The notes below the pieces were generated by a model. That model was not told the DNA's origin. It did no database searches and saw only the letters and a list, made by a program, of their open reading frames with translations. Source: Escherichia coli (GTDB lineage: Bacteria; Pseudomonadota; Gammaproteobacteria; Enterobacterales; Enterobacteriaceae). Taken from it: a DNA stretch of 64,000 nucleotides. The translations under genes and the position numbers were made by a program. Numbering within the stretch: position 1 is the first letter of the stretch; each line of letters begins with the position of its first letter. Location of the stretch: the NCBI RefSeq assembly GCF_003334355.1, contig NZ_QOWP01000022.1; one strand, 5' to 3'. Positions 1 through 12,921 of the stretch are shown here, in pieces.

Positions 1-1
1 T

Positions 2-211
2 CTTGAGCTAGCCTGCCAGCATCATTTAATGCTGACACTTGAGCTGAAAGATGGCGAAAAATTGCAGGCAAAAGCCAGCGATTTAGTCTCCCGCAAAAAT
101 GTGGAGTATCTGGTCGTCGAGGCCGCTGGCGAAACCCGTGAGCTACGTCTGGATAAAATTACCAGCTTTAGCCACCCGGAAATCGGTACGGTGGTGGTGA
201 GCGAGTCCTGA
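2..211 (+). CDS. rof: Rho-specific transcription termination inhibitor Rof (YaeO); 5' end cut by window start
   Basis: Translation ...LELACQHHLMLTLELKDGEKLQAKASDLVSRKNVEYLVVEAAGETRELRLDKITSFSHPEIGTVVVSES matches Rof C-terminus as I recall it; frame continues open to window edge. Confidence 0.9.
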   Translation, partial: LELACQHHLMLTLELKDGEKLQAKASDLVSRKNVEYLVVEAAGETRELRLDKITSFSHPEIGTVVVSES

Positions 212-220
212 TTGACTTTC

Positions 221-253
221 GCCGGATGCGACGTTTGATGCGTCTTATCCGGC
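221..253. repeat. REP-like palindromic element between convergent rof and tilS
   Basis: gccggatgcgacg...cgtcttatccggc imperfect palindrome typical of REP units. Confidence 0.6.
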
Positions 254-259
254 TTTCAC

Positions 260-1558
260 TTAACTAAGCGTTTTCTGCCAGACAAAACTTACGCCATTCT
301 CACCTTCAGCCACACCTTCTTGCGTCACAAATACCCCTGCCGCCGCAATCAGCGTTTCGCCATAAAACAGCAGTGGCGTGGTGTCACGTAGCCACGGCGG
401 CACGCCTAACTCTTGCCAGATTTTCTTCAGCTTACGTCCGCCGTTGCGCCCGACAATATGCAGCAATCCTGCCGCTTTGAAACGCACGCTGACCGCTTCG
501 TCTGCACGCGGAGGGCGAATATCGCCTCCCGCAGTAAGCTGTACGCTTCCCAGCCCCGCCGGTAATTCCAGCGGTTGTAGCCACGTCTGCCACGGCACAA
601 TGGTTTCACTTTGCCCGGTGACGGATTTAATCCACCACAGTTGCGACTGATATCGGCGGATTTCAAACGCGCCCAAGCGTAAACAGGGGGAGGCATCTTC
701 CCGCGCCAGCGCCACTTCCTGCCAGATCCGCACCAGCGCGTCGCGGGAAGGCATTGGTGCATTCTGCCCTGCCAGCCAGCGACGGATAATCGCCGCGCGG
801 CGGGCATCACTCATCGCCAGCATTGGCGCAATCTGCAGCGTCCCCTGCGACGTTTGGCAGTGTGCTAAATCATCCGCCAGCAGTTCATCCAACAGACTCT
901 CTTGTTCAGCACAAAGTGCGGCGCTGCGGGCCGTTGCTTCGGCAAAATGCGGCCAACGCTGCTGCAATAACGGCACTACGCGCAGGCGCAGAAAGTTACG
1001 ATCGTATGAGTCGTCCTGATTACTTTCGTCTTCAATCCAGCGTAAACCATGCGCCAATGCCCACTGCGCCAGTTCCCCCCGCGTGCGGGCAAGCAACGGG
1101 CGGATAAGCCGTGTTCCGGCAAACTCCGAAACTTCCGCCATAGCCGAAAGCCCGGCAGGGCCGCTACCGCGTTTTAGCGCCAGCAGAAAGGTTTCACATT
1201 GATCGTCGAGATGTTGCGCGGTGACCAGCACTTCGCCGGGCAATAGGGTACGGGCAAATGCCTGATAACGCGCCTGCCGCGCCTGGGCCTCAATCCCCAG
1301 CCCCTCTTGCGCAAGTTGTACGCATTCGACCACCAGCGGCACCTGCCACTGTTGGCAGACGTTTTCGCAATGCGTAACCCAGGCATCGGCATTGGCACTT
1401 AAACCGTGATGCACATGAATAGCGCGCAGAGTGACGCCCGGATTTTCCGTCCGCCACTGCACCAACTGATGCAGCAGAACGGTGGAGTCAAGCCCGCCGC
1501 TAAAGGCCACCAGAATCTGGCGTGAGGTGAGAAGTTGTCTATTGAGCGTGAGTGTCAT
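260..1558 (-). CDS. tilS: tRNA(Ile)-lysidine synthetase
   Basis: 432 aa ORF; SGGLDS PP-loop motif near N-terminus; recognised TilS/MesJ sequence. Confidence 0.95.
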   Translation of the reverse strand: MTLTLNRQLLTSRQILVAFSGGLDSTVLLHQLVQWRTENPGVTLRAIHVHHGLSANADAWVTHCENVCQQWQVPLVVECVQLAQEGLGIEAQARQARYQAFARTLLPGEVLVTAQHLDDQCETFLLALKRGSGPAGLSAMAEVSEFAGTRLIRPLLARTRGELAQWALAHGLRWIEDESNQDDSYDRNFLRLRVVPLLQQRWPHFAEATARSAALCAEQESLLDELLADDLAHCQTSQGTLQIAPMLAMSDARRAAIIRRWLAGQNAPMPSRDALVRIWQEVALAREDASPCLRLGAFEIRRYQSQLWWIKSVTGQSETIVPWQTWLQPLELPAGLGSVQLTAGGDIRPPRADEAVSVRFKAAGLLHIVGRNGGRKLKKIWQELGVPPWLRDTTPLLFYGETLIAAAGVFVTQEGVAEGENGVSFVWQKTLS

Positions 1559-1622
1559 GATGGTGCGATTTTACAGTAGCAATGCCCGGCACGTTACCGG
1601 GCAAATGCGGCGATGACAAGCC

Positions 1623-2012
1623 TTACTGCTCATACAGTTCCAACGGCAGCCCGTCCGGATCGTTAAAGAAGGTGAAGCGTTTTTGCGTGTATGGATCGAC
1701 ACGGATGGCTTCACACTTCACGTTATGGCTTTCAAGGTGCGCCACTGCCGCATCGATGTCATCAACGCTAAAAGCCAGATGACGCAGGCCGCAAGCTTCC
1801 GGTCGGCTGGGGCGCTCCGGCGGGAACGGAAAAGAGAAAAGCTCAATCACATATTGCCCATTAAGCGCCAAATCCCCTTTCCACGAGTCGCGCGCTTCGC
1901 GATAGACTTCGCTTTGCAGCGTGAAACCAAGAATATCGCAGTAGAAAGCTTTGCTCACCGCATAATCCGTCGCAATAATCGCAATATGGTGAACCTGTTT
2001 TAAACTCAGCAT
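1623..2012 (-). CDS. yaeR: glyoxalase/VOC family protein YaeR
   Basis: ORF recognised as YaeR; start trimmed to MLSLKQVHH (129 aa) rather than upstream ATG. Confidence 0.85.
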   Translation of the reverse strand: MLSLKQVHHIAIIATDYAVSKAFYCDILGFTLQSEVYREARDSWKGDLALNGQYVIELFSFPFPPERPSRPEACGLRHLAFSVDDIDAAVAHLESHNVKCEAIRVDPYTQKRFTFFNDPDGLPLELYEQ

Positions 2013-2068
2013 AACGTCTCCTTTATTTGTTAACAGCACGTTACTCGCCCGGAAGCCGCTCTGGCAAG

Positions 2069-4210
2069 TTATCCCGCCATTTTTAGGACTCGTACGCGGT
2101 AAACGCCGTCTTCGTCCTGTTTCGCGCCGTGAATATCCGTTTCAAAACCGGGGTAATGTTGCCCTACGGAACAAAGCATCAGTAGAAAATCGAGTACCGT
2201 GCGGCTCTCTTTGGTCAGCATTTCTCCTGGCATCAACAGCGGTACGCCCGGTGGATAAGGCAGGATCATATTTGCCGATACTCTACCGACCAGTTGTTCC
2301 AGCGCAATGGTTTCTACTTCACCTTTAATCTGTCTCTGCCATGCCTGATGTGGCGTCATGATCATTTCCGGCAAAGTATCGAATGCCCGCAACATCAAAC
2401 CGGGAAGATCGTGTTTACGAATCAGCTTATGGATCCCTTGCGCCAGATCCTGGATACGCATATTGCGGTAGAAATCGGGATCTTCAGCATAGAGATCGGG
2501 TAGCATATTTTTGATCCGCAGGTTGAGATCGTAAGAGCGTTTAAATTCCGTCAACCCACGCAATAATCCCATTGCTTTGGTTTTATCGATACCAATACTA
2601 AAGAGAAACAGCAGGTTATAAGGGCCGGTTTTCTCTACTACGATCCCACGTTCGTCGAGGAATTTTGCCACCAGCGCCGCCGGGATCCCCTCCTCGCTCA
2701 TATTGCCCTGTTCGTCCATCCCCGGTGTCAAAATAGTGACTTTAACCGGATCGAGAAACATATGATCGGCATCCGCATCGTTAAAGCCGTGCCACTGTTC
2801 GCCAGGCGCAACGGGCCAGCATTCGGCTTCATCCACCTGCGGCGGTTGCCAGATATCGAAAAACCAACCGTCAGACTCTTCCCGCAACCGCTGGACCTCT
2901 TTGCGAAAATGCAGCGCCCGCTCCACCGAACGGTTAATCAGCCGTTTGCCCGGATTACCACGCAGCATCGCCGCCGCCGTCTCAACCGAAGCAACAATGG
3001 GATAACTGGGCGAGGTGGTGGTATGCATCATAAAGGCTTCGTTAAACGCCTCTTCGTCATACTCGCCTTTAATGTGGATCAGCGAAGCCTGCGATAACGC
3101 CGCCAGCATTTTGTGGGTCGATTGCGTTTCGAAGATCACTTTTCCCGCAACACGCTCGCCGCTCATACCACTTTTCCCCTGGTAGATCGGATGAAAATGG
3201 GTGTACGGCACCCAGGCGGAATCGAAGTGGATCGACGGGACATCCAGCGTCTGTTTGATCCAGTCGGTGTTGTAGAGCAAGCCATCATAGGTGGAGTTGG
3301 TAATCACCGCATGAACCGGCCATTGTGCCTGCGTGGTGGCAGCGACTTTCTCTTCGATGCTGTCGCGAGTAAATTCACGGCGCGGGATCCCACCAAGAAT
3401 CCCCAACGCATTACGCGTCGGTTTCAGCCAGACTGGCACTACATCGTTCATCATCAACAGATGCGCCAGCGATTTATGACAATTGCGGTCGATCAACAGC
3501 GTACTGCCGGATGGCGCGGCGTACATACCCACAATTTTGTTCGACGTCGATGTTCCGTTGGTAACGATATAACTCTGTTCCGCGCCAAAAGTCCGCGCGA
3601 TGTACTCTTCCGCTTCCAGGTGTGGCCCGGTGTGGTCGAGCAACGAACCAAGCTCGGTAACCGAAATAGAGACATCAGCCTTGAGGGTATTCCCGCCGAA
3701 AAAATCATAAAACAGACAGCCAACCGGGCTTTTTTGATAGGCGGTACCGCCCATATGCCCCGGCGTACAAAAGGTGTACTTCCGCTCTTTGACGTAGGTA
3801 AACAAGGCTTTCGTGAACGGCGGTGTAATGTTATCAAGATATTCGTCGGTGTACTGACGCATACGAATGGCGATATCTTCCGCCTGCCCCAGCGCATATT
3901 CAAAAAACCAGAGCGCCATCCGCATATCCTGCACGCTGACATCCATCGTCGAGTGGGTGTTGATGAAGGCATAAAGCGGGAGATATTCATTAAGCTGATT
4001 GATATCGCTACATAAATCGAGACTGTACTCATCCCAGTCAAAAATCACGCCGCAAATTCGAGGGTTATGTTCGATAAATTTCAGCAAATCAACGCTGTTT
4101 TGTGGCCAGATAATCTGAAAGCCTTGCGCCACCAGCGCCGACTCCAGTTCTTTGATGGGCTCATCTTTATAAAAGACGCCATGCGGTCCCATAATGGCAA
4201 TGATGTTCAT
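2069..4210 (-). CDS. ldcC: constitutive lysine decarboxylase
   Basis: 713 aa ORF, recognised LdcC sequence (PLP-dependent, STHK motif). Confidence 0.95.
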   Translation of the reverse strand: MNIIAIMGPHGVFYKDEPIKELESALVAQGFQIIWPQNSVDLLKFIEHNPRICGVIFDWDEYSLDLCSDINQLNEYLPLYAFINTHSTMDVSVQDMRMALWFFEYALGQAEDIAIRMRQYTDEYLDNITPPFTKALFTYVKERKYTFCTPGHMGGTAYQKSPVGCLFYDFFGGNTLKADVSISVTELGSLLDHTGPHLEAEEYIARTFGAEQSYIVTNGTSTSNKIVGMYAAPSGSTLLIDRNCHKSLAHLLMMNDVVPVWLKPTRNALGILGGIPRREFTRDSIEEKVAATTQAQWPVHAVITNSTYDGLLYNTDWIKQTLDVPSIHFDSAWVPYTHFHPIYQGKSGMSGERVAGKVIFETQSTHKMLAALSQASLIHIKGEYDEEAFNEAFMMHTTTSPSYPIVASVETAAAMLRGNPGKRLINRSVERALHFRKEVQRLREESDGWFFDIWQPPQVDEAECWPVAPGEQWHGFNDADADHMFLDPVKVTILTPGMDEQGNMSEEGIPAALVAKFLDERGIVVEKTGPYNLLFLFSIGIDKTKAMGLLRGLTEFKRSYDLNLRIKNMLPDLYAEDPDFYRNMRIQDLAQGIHKLIRKHDLPGLMLRAFDTLPEMIMTPHQAWQRQIKGEVETIALEQLVGRVSANMILPYPPGVPLLMPGEMLTKESRTVLDFLLMLCSVGQHYPGFETDIHGAKQDEDGVYRVRVLKMAG

Positions 4211-4264
4211 GTGTTCCTCCTGGAAAATCCTTCCTTAATCATAGCCTGCTCAAACCGTGGCGAT

Positions 4265-4293
4265 AAAAAAGGGCCACCGAAGTGACCCTTTTT
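4265..4293 (-). terminator. intrinsic terminator hairpin downstream of accA (A6-stem-T5, potentially bidirectional)
   Basis: aaaaaagggccaccgaagtgaccctttttc; GC stem with tetraloop flanked by A and T runs. Confidence 0.6.
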
Positions 4294-4308
4294 CAGAACT
4301 TTTGCGAA

Positions 4309-5268
4309 TTACGCGTAACCGTAGCTCATCAGGCGCTGATAACGACGATTTTTTAAATCTTCAGTGCTTAACACGTCGAGATCGGCCAGATCCGCCAACA
4401 GTTGCGCTTTCAACGATGCCGCCATCGCTTCCGGGTTACGGTGAGCACCACCCAGCGGTTCCGGGATGATGGAGTCGATCAGTTTTAGTTCTTTCAGACG
4501 CGGAGCGATGATACCCATCGCTTCAGCCGCCAGCGGCGCTTTATCAGCGCTCTTCCACAGAATGGACGCACAACCTTCCGGCGAGATAACGGAATAGGTG
4601 CTGTATTGCAGCATATTCACTTTATCGCCCACGCCAATCGCCAGCGCGCCGCCAGAACCACCTTCACCGATAACGGTACAAATAGTCGGTACGCTAAGGC
4701 GAGACATTTCACGCAGGTTGCGTGCAATGGCTTCAGACTGACCGCGCTCTTCTGCGCCCACGCCCGGATAAGCCCCCGGGGTGTCGATAAAGGTGATGAT
4801 TGGCATCTTAAAGCGTTCAGCCATTTGCATCAGACGCAGTGCTTTGCGGTAACCTTCTGGCGCTGGCATACCAAAGTTACGGCGAATTTTTTCTTTGGTT
4901 TCACGACCTTTTTGATGACCAATGATCATCACCGGACGACCATCGAGACGGGCGATACCACCGACGATAGCTTTATCGTCTGCATACGCGCGGTCGCCAG
5001 CCAGTTCGTCAAATTCATCAAATGCCAGGCGAACGTAATCCAGGGTATAAGGACGCTGTGGATGGCGTGCCAGTTGCGCAATCTGCCATGCACCGAGATC
5101 GGCGAAGATTTTACGTGTCAGTTCTACGCTTTTTTCACGCAGACGATGCACTTCTTCATCGATGTTAATATCCAGTTTCTCATCCTGACGGCTAACCGCA
5201 GTCAGAGAATCGATTTTCGCTTCCAGCTCTGCAATCGGCTGTTCAAAATCAAGGAAATTCAGACTCAT
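4309..5268 (-). CDS. accA: acetyl-CoA carboxylase carboxyltransferase alpha subunit
   Basis: 319 aa ORF recognised as AccA. Confidence 0.97.
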
Positions 5269-5280
5269 AGTATTCCTGTA

Positions 5281-8200
5281 TTAGTCAAACTCCAGTTCCA
5301 CCTGCTCCGAACCAATGAGGCCACGGAGATCGTTTAATAAACGATCGCTCGGAGAGACACGCCACGTCGCGCCAAAACGCAACCGCGCGCGTGCATCCGC
5401 CCTCTGATAGTAGAGATGTACTGGAATTGTCCCAGAGCGGTGGGGTTCCAGAGACTGACGGAGTCGGTTTAAAAGCTGGTCATCAATTTGCCTGTCCGTC
5501 AGCGAGATAGCAAGCCCGCGAGCATATTTTTCCCGGGCTTCGTCAATATCCATCACTTCGCGAGCGGTCATTTTAAGCCCACCGCTGAAGTCATCAAAGC
5601 TGACCTGTCCGCTGACGATAAGTATGCGGTCTTTTTCCAGCAATTGCTGGTATTTATCCAGGGCGTCAGTAAACAACATCACTTCCAGCCGCCCGGAACG
5701 GTCATCCAGCGTGCAGATACCGATACGATTGCCGCGCTTGGTGACCATAACCCGCGCGGCAACAACGAGCCCCGCAGCCGTGATGACTTTACCACGTTCT
5801 GTCGGGTGCATGTCTTTCAGCCTTACGCCTCCGACATAACGCTCAATCTCTTTTAAATACTGGTTGATAGGGTGTCCGGTCAGGTACAGGCCTAACGTTT
5901 CACGTTCCCCATCTAATACCACCTGCTCCGGCCACGGTTGGCAGCTGGCGTAGGATTGTTCAATTTGTTCCGGCTCTTCGGCCAGCACGCCGAACATATC
6001 GGCCTGACCGATAGCTTCCGCTTTCGCGTGTTGATCTGCCGCTTTTAACGCATCGCCCAGCGAGTTCATCAGCGCTGCGCGATGTGGCCCAAGACGGTCA
6101 AACGCCCCGGACATGATCAGTTTTTCCAGCACGCGACGGTTCAACTTTTTGGTGTCGGTACGGGCGCAGAGATCAAACAGTTCGCGGAAGTAGCCGCCTT
6201 TATTACGGGCTTCGATGATGGCCTCAATCGGACCTTCACCGACCCCTTTGATCGCGCCAATACCATACACGATTTCGCCGTCGTCGTTGACGTGGAAATG
6301 GTAAAGACCGGAGTTTATATCTGGTGGCAGGATTTTCAGCCCCATCCGCCAGCACTCATCCACCAGACCCACCACCTTCTCGGTGTTGTCCATATCGGCG
6401 GTCATTACCGCCGCCATAAACTCCGCAGGATAGTGCGCTTTCAGCCATAACGTTTGATATGACACCAAAGCATAGGCCGCAGAGTGCGATTTGTTAAATC
6501 CGTAACCAGCGAATTTCTCCACCAGGTCGAAGATTTTCATCGCCAGTTCAGCGTTGATTCCGTTCTTTTCTGCACCTTCAGCAAATACAGAACGTTGCTT
6601 AGCCATCTCTTCCGGCTTTTTCTTACCCATCGCACGACGCAGCATATCCGCGCCACCGAGGGTATAACCAGAAAGCACCTGCGCAATCTGCATGACCTGT
6701 TCCTGATACAGGATAATGCCGTAGGTTGGCTCCAGTACCGGTTTCAGGCTTTCATGCTGCCACTGTACGTCCGGATAGGAGATCTCTTCACGACCATGTT
6801 TACGGTCGATAAAGTTATCCACCATCCCTGATTGCAACGGACCGGGGCGGAACAGTGCCACTAGGGCGATCATATCTTCGAAGCAGTCAGGTTGTAGACG
6901 CTTGATCAGGTCCTTCATGCCGCGCGATTCAAGCTGGAATACCGCCGTGGTTTCCGAGCGTTGCAGCATGTCGAAGCTTTTCTTATCATCCAGCGGGATC
7001 GCAGCGATATCCAGCGGCGGCTCGCCATTCTTCGCCCGCCGCTTGTTGATCATCTCCAGCGCCCAGTTGATGATGGTGAGCGTACGCAAACCAAGGAAGT
7101 CGAACTTCACCAGTCCGGCGTATTCAACGTCGCTTTTATCAAACTGGGTGACCGGATGTTTGCCCTCTTCATCGCAGTAAAGCGGCGCAAAATCGGTAAT
7201 TTTGGTCGGCGCGATAACCACCCCACCGGCGTGCTTACCGGCGTTACGGGTGACCCCTTCCAGTTTGCGCGCCATGTCGATCAGCGCCTTAACTTCTTCA
7301 TCCGCTTCGTAGATTTCCGGCAGCTGCGGCTCGGCTTCAAACGCTTTCGCCAGCGTCATCCCCGGATCGGGCGGGATCAGTTTCGAGATACGATCGACAA
7401 AGCCGTACGGATGCCCCAGCACGCGGCCTACGTCGCGGATCACCGCTTTCGCCGCCATTGTACCGAAGGTGATGATCTGCGATACCGCATCACGACCGTA
7501 CATGTCCGCTACGTGCTCGATAACCTGATCGCGTTTCTCCATACAGAAGTCAACGTCGAAGTCAGGCATGGAGACACGTTCCGGGTTAAGGAAACGTTCG
7601 AACAGCAGGTCAAATTCCAGCGGATCGAGGTCGGTGATTTTCAGCGCGTAGGCCACCAGTGAACCCGCACCGGAGCCACGGCCTGGCCCTACCGGTACGC
7701 CGTTATCTTTCGACCACTGGATAAATTCCATAACGATGAGGAAGTAGCCCGGGAAGCCCATCTGGTTGATAACCTGAAGTTCAGTCTCCAGACGTTCGTC
7801 ATATTCCGGGCGGCGCTTAAGACGTTCTTCCTCATCAGGGAATAAAAAGGCCAGACGCTCTTCCAGGCCCTCTTTTGCACGCTTGACCAGATAATCTTCG
7901 GTGCTCATGTCCCCGGTCGGGAACTGCGGCAGGAAGTATTCACCAAGACGCACGGTTACGTTACAGCGTTTGGCGATCTCAACGGTGTTGGCAAGGGCTT
8001 CGGGGATGTCGGCAAACAGCTCACACATCTCCTCTTCGCTACGCATATATTGCTGCGGCGAATAGTTACGCGGGCGTTTAGGATCGTCGAGGGTAAAGCC
8101 GTCGTGGATCGCGACGCGGATTTCGTGTGCGTCAAAGTCGCTGCTGTCGATAAAGCGCACGTCGTTGGTCGCCACGACGGGCAAACCGCGCGCTTCCGCC

Positions 8201-8763
8201 AGTTCCACCGCCGCGTGCAGATAGCTTTCTTCATCCGGCCTGCCGGTGCGGATCAGCTCGAGAAAATAGCGATCCGGGAAGTGTTCTTCATAAAACGCGA
8301 CACACTCATCTACCAGCGCGCTGTTACCACGCAAAAGACTGCGTCCGACGTCGCCCATGCGTCCGCCGGAAAGAAGGATCAACCCTTCGTTTAATTCGAT
8401 AAGCCAGTCGCGATCGATGATCGGCCCGGCGGCACCGTACCCGCGCTGATACGCTTTTGAGATCAGCAACGTCAGATTCTGATAGCCGGTATTGTTCGCC
8501 GCCAGTACCGTCAGGTGGGTTAACTCATCACCCAGCAGGTCGCACTGGACGTTAAAATCTGCCCCGACGATAGGCTTAATCCCTGCGCCATGTCCCGCTC
8601 CGTAGAACTTCACCAGACCACAAAGGTTGGTGAAATCGGTGATCGCCAGTGCTGGCATACCCAACGCCGCCGCCTTTTTTACCAACGGTGCGGTTTTGGC
8701 CAGGCCATCGATCATCGAGTAGTCGCTGTGCACCCGCAGGTGTACGAAACGTGGTTCAGACAT
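5281..8763 (-). CDS. dnaE: DNA polymerase III alpha subunit
   Basis: 1160 aa ORF recognised as DnaE (PHP domain N-terminus). Confidence 0.97.
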   Translation of the reverse strand: MSEPRFVHLRVHSDYSMIDGLAKTAPLVKKAAALGMPALAITDFTNLCGLVKFYGAGHGAGIKPIVGADFNVQCDLLGDELTHLTVLAANNTGYQNLTLLISKAYQRGYGAAGPIIDRDWLIELNEGLILLSGGRMGDVGRSLLRGNSALVDECVAFYEEHFPDRYFLELIRTGRPDEESYLHAAVELAEARGLPVVATNDVRFIDSSDFDAHEIRVAIHDGFTLDDPKRPRNYSPQQYMRSEEEMCELFADIPEALANTVEIAKRCNVTVRLGEYFLPQFPTGDMSTEDYLVKRAKEGLEERLAFLFPDEEERLKRRPEYDERLETELQVINQMGFPGYFLIVMEFIQWSKDNGVPVGPGRGSGAGSLVAYALKITDLDPLEFDLLFERFLNPERVSMPDFDVDFCMEKRDQVIEHVADMYGRDAVSQIITFGTMAAKAVIRDVGRVLGHPYGFVDRISKLIPPDPGMTLAKAFEAEPQLPEIYEADEEVKALIDMARKLEGVTRNAGKHAGGVVIAPTKITDFAPLYCDEEGKHPVTQFDKSDVEYAGLVKFDFLGLRTLTIINWALEMINKRRAKNGEPPLDIAAIPLDDKKSFDMLQRSETTAVFQLESRGMKDLIKRLQPDCFEDMIALVALFRPGPLQSGMVDNFIDRKHGREEISYPDVQWQHESLKPVLEPTYGIILYQEQVMQIAQVLSGYTLGGADMLRRAMGKKKPEEMAKQRSVFAEGAEKNGINAELAMKIFDLVEKFAGYGFNKSHSAAYALVSYQTLWLKAHYPAEFMAAVMTADMDNTEKVVGLVDECWRMGLKILPPDINSGLYHFHVNDDGEIVYGIGAIKGVGEGPIEAIIEARNKGGYFRELFDLCARTDTKKLNRRVLEKLIMSGAFDRLGPHRAALMNSLGDALKAADQHAKAEAIGQADMFGVLAEEPEQIEQSYASCQPWPEQVVLDGERETLGLYLTGHPINQYLKEIERYVGGVRLKDMHPTERGKVITAAGLVVAARVMVTKRGNRIGICTLDDRSGRLEVMLFTDALDKYQQLLEKDRILIVSGQVSFDDFSGGLKMTAREVMDIDEAREKYARGLAISLTDRQIDDQLLNRLRQSLEPHRSGTIPVHLYYQRADARARLRFGATWRVSPSDRLLNDLRGLIGSEQVELEFD

Positions 8764-8799
8764 CTTCAGATTCCGGTTTACTTAATCTCGACACAAGAA

Positions 8800-9396
8800 T
8801 CAGGACGCAAGTCCCAGTGCGCGTTTGACAGGCCCAAAGCTGCGCCGATGGTGTTCGGTCGCGCCGTGTTCAGCCAGTTTTTCCAGATGAAAAGCGGTTG
8901 GGTACCCTTTGTGTTGGGCAAAACCATATTGCGGGAAAACAATATCCAGCGCCGCCATTTCGGCGTCACGCGTCACTTTCGCCAGGATAGACGCGGCACT
9001 GATTTCCGGTACGCGGCTATCGCCTTTCACCACAGCCATCGCAGGCATCGGTAATTTCGGGCAGCGGTTACCATCAATCAACACATATTCCGGCGCAATA
9101 TGCAGCCCAGCGACGGCACGCTGCATCGCCAGCATGGTCGCATGAAGAATGTTCAGCTCGTCGATTTCGTGGGGTTCCGCGCGGCCCAGACTCCAGCTCA
9201 ACGCTTTCTCTTTGATCTCTTCATAGAGCGCCAGACGGCGTTTTTCGCTCAGCTTTTTGGAATCATTCAGCCCGGCAATCGGGCGCGCCGGGTCAAGGAT
9301 CACCGCAGCGGTGACGACCGCGCCAACTAACGGCCCGCGTCCGACTTCATCCACACCCGCAACCAGCTGCGTGTGCGGATAAACAAATTCGATCAT
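8800..9396 (-). CDS. rnhB: ribonuclease HII
   Basis: 198 aa ORF, recognised RnhB; start overlaps lpxB stop (ATGA-type overlap). Confidence 0.95.
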
Positions 9397-10541
9397 TGTG
9401 CTAACTCCAGAACGGCTTGTGCCGCCTGCTCATCGGCATTGCAGCGGATCTGCTGATGCAGTTCACGGAAGGTATCGTGCATCGCGTGGCTGGTTTTCCC
9501 GTTCGCCAACAGCGGTAACAGCGCCGCAGCCAGTTTTTGCGGCTCACACTCTTCCTGCAATAATTCTTTGACTAACTCTCTGCCCGCCAGCAGATTTGGC
9601 AGCGAGACATAATCAGTTTTCACCAGCCGCTTCGCCAACCAGAAGGTAAAAGGCTTCATGCGATATCCCACCACCATCGGGCATTTCGCCAGCATACACT
9701 CCAGGGCTGCCGTACCCGACGCCAGTAGCGCCGCATCGCTGGCGACCATCGCCTCACGGCCCATCCCATCCAGCAAATGAACTGAAAGGTCTGGCGCGAC
9801 TTCAGCTTTGATGCGTTCAAACTGCTCGCGGCGTTTGGCATTCACCAGTGGCACCACGATTTCGAGATCCGGATATGTCTGGCGCAAAAGCTGGGCCGTT
9901 TTCAGGAAATCGGCACTAAGCATTTCAACTTCTGCACCACGGCTCCCCGGTAGCAACGCCAGGCAGTGGGCATCGTGAGGGATCCCCAGCACATCACGGG
10001 CGGCATTTTTATCTGGATCTAATGGCATGGCATCAGCCATGGTATGACCGATAAAGCGGCACGGTACGTTGTATTTGTCATAAAACGCTTTTTCGAAAGG
10101 CAGAAATGCGAGCACCAGATCGGTGGCTCTGCCTATTTTGAAAACACGTTTCTGTCGCCACGCCCAGACTGACGGACTGACGTAATGAATGGTTTTGATA
10201 CCCTGCTTTTTGAGGTTACCTTCAAGAGTAATATTGAAGTCAGGCGCATCAATACCAACAAAAACATCTGGCTTCAGTTCGCCAAAACGCTTTGTCAGAT
10301 CGGCACGAATATGCAGTAAGCGACGCAGACGACCGAGCACTTCAACAATGCCCATCACCGCCAGTTCTTCCATTTCGTACCAGGCTTCGCAGCCTTCAGC
10401 CTGCATTCGTGGCCCGGCAACACCAACAAAGCGGGCGTTGGGCACATGTTCTTTCAGAGCGCGGATTAAACCGGCCCCCAGGATATCGCCGGAGGTTTCT
10501 CCGGCGACCAGGGCAATCGTTAATGGACGCTGTTCAGTCAT
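9393..10541 (-). CDS. lpxB: lipid-A-disaccharide synthase
   Basis: 382 aa ORF recognised as LpxB. Confidence 0.95.
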
Positions 10542-11329
10542 TAACGAATCAGACCGCGCGTTGAGCGTGCAAAGAAATCGGTAAAGGCTTTCACTTCCGG
10601 ATATGTTTCCGCCAGTTCAGCAATTTCCGGTTTCACTTCATCGAGCGTTTTACCGCTACGATAAATCAGCTTATACGCATTGCGGATAGCGGTAATCGCC
10701 TCACGGCTGAATCCGCGGCGCTTCAGCCCTTCGATATTGACACCGAACGGCGTTGCGTGGTTACCCTGCGCAATGACATAAGGAGGGACGTCCTGCGCCA
10801 CACCGGAGCAGCCGCCAACCATCACGTGCGCACCAATGATGCAGAACTGATGGACTGCGGTCATGCCGCCGATGATCGCGAAGTCGTCAACCGATACGTG
10901 ACCCGCCAGCGTTGCGTTGTTGGCGAGAATACAGCGGTTACCTACCGTACAATCGTGCGCAATGTGCGCGTTGATCATCAGTAAGTTGTCGCTGCCCACC
11001 TTCGTCAATCCACCGCCCTGGACTGTGCCACGATGAATGGTGACGCTTTCGCGAATGCGGTTACGATCGCCGATTTCCACACGGGTCGGTTCGCCAGCAT
11101 ATTTCAGATCCTGGTTAACTTCGCCGATGGAGGCGAACTGATAAATCTCATTATCGCGGCCAATTTTAGTATGACCATTCACGACAACGTGAGATTTCAG
11201 TACGGTACCCTCACCAATTTCGACATGGGGTCCAACGATACAAAAAGGACCAATGTGTGCGTTCGCGCCAATTGACGCGCCCTCTTCCACAATGGCGGTT
11301 GGATGCACAAAGGCGGATTTATCAATCAC
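10541..11329 (-). CDS. lpxA: UDP-N-acetylglucosamine O-acyltransferase
   Basis: 262 aa ORF with hexapeptide-repeat character; recognised LpxA. Confidence 0.95.
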
Positions 11330-11332
11330 GTA

Positions 11333-11788
11333 TCAGGCCTCCCGGCTACGAGCACACATCATCGTTGCTTCGCAAACTACTTTACCATCGACCAGAGCAA
11401 CCCCTTTAAAACGGGTCAGGCCGCGGCGCGTTTTTTCGAAAGTGACTTCCATGATCATTTGATCGCCAGGCACGACCGGGCGCTTGAAGCGCGCTTCGTC
11501 AATACCAGCGAAGTAGTACAGCTCACCCGGTTCCAGTTTTCCTACGCTTTTAAACGCCAGAATACCTGTTGCCTGTGCCATTGCTTCCAGAATCAGCACA
11601 CCCGGGAAAATCGGTTTTCCAGGGAAATGGCCCTGGAAGAATGGCTCATTGACAGAGACATTTTTTACTGCGCGCAGAAAACGACCTTCTTCAAAATCCA
11701 GCACGCGATCCACCAGTAAGAACGGGAAACGGTGCGGCAGAAGTTCTAAAATCTCTTCAATCTGCAGAGTATGAGTGTTAGTAGTCAA
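11333..11788 (-). CDS. fabZ: 3-hydroxyacyl-ACP dehydratase FabZ (TTG start)
   Basis: ORF contains the FabZ sequence [28 protein letters not shown]...; start placed at TTG codon at 11786-11788 giving 151 aa. Confidence 0.9.
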
Positions 11789-11892
11789 GATACTCTTCCT
11801 GTCAAAATATAAGAAACGACAATAATAACACGGCCTGCCGCAATCGTAAGAATGAGACAGGCCGTAAAGTTTGGCGAACAAAAGATGGAACG

Positions 11893-12918
11893 TTAGTCTT
11901 GTTGATTAACCTTGCGCTCAAGCGATTTCAGACGCTTGCTCATGTCATCAATGTTCATCACCAGTGCAGCGGTTTTGCGCCAGACTTTGTTGGGTTGCAG
12001 CGGAATGCCTGAGGAATAGACGCCTGGTTCAGTGATGGGACGCATCACCATACCCATGCCCGTAACCGTCACTTTGTCGCATATTTCCATATGCCCGTTG
12101 ATTACGCTGGCTCCGCCGATCATGCAGTAACGACCAATTTTCAGGCTGCCCGCCATAATGACGCCACCGGCAACCGCCGTATTGTCGCCAATCACGACGT
12201 TATGTGCAATCTGGCACTGGTTATCAATGATCACGCCATTGCCAATAATAGTGTCATCCAGCGCGCCGCGATCGATGGTTGTGCAGGCACCGATCTCCAC
12301 GCGATCGCCAATAATTACGCGACCAATCTGTGGGATCTTCACCCAGTTACCACGATCGTTGGCATAACCAAAGCCGTCTGCGCCTACCACTGTTCCGGAC
12401 TGGATCAGGCAATTCTGACCGATCTGGATCTCATGGTAAATGGTTACGTTCGCCCAGAGACGCGAACCTGCACCGATTTTGCTGTTTTTACCTACGAAGC
12501 AACCGGCACCGATAATCACGTTATCGCCCAGTTCAACGCCGGACTCAATCACCGCGTTAGCGCCAATCGATACGTTGTTACCCAGCTTCGCCGTCGCGTC
12601 GATCACCGCACTGGGTGCAATGTTCTGCGCGGGCTGCGGCGTGGTATCTAAAATTTGCGCCATGCGCGCGTAAGTCAGGTAGGGATTCTTCACTACCAGT
12701 GCGGCACTTTTCGCGAAAGGAAGATCGTCCTGGGTCATGACAACCGCGGACGCCTGGCACAAGCCTAAATGCTCACGGTATTTTGGGTTAACCATGAACG
12801 TAATGTGACCTGTTTGTGCAGATTGCATGGACGCAACGCCGGTGATGACGATATCGCCATCACCGTGTAGTTCTGCATCCAACTGCTGCGCTAAATCAGC
12901 CAGTCGAATTGAAGGCAT
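11893..12918 (-). CDS. lpxD: UDP-3-O-(3-hydroxymyristoyl)glucosamine N-acyltransferase
   Basis: 341 aa ORF recognised as LpxD. Confidence 0.95.
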
Positions 12919-12921
12919 TAC

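Noticed and set aside
3113-4015. 300-aa ORF antisense to ldcC
   Set aside because: It lies completely within ldcC on the opposite strand, has no start context or recognisable protein features, and ldcC is unambiguous.
4606-5337. 243-aa ORF antisense to accA
   Set aside because: Antisense to a well-supported gene; composition is not protein-like.
6961-7662. 233-aa ORF antisense to dnaE
   Set aside because: Antisense to dnaE; Arg-rich composition typical of an out-of-frame GC-rich reading.
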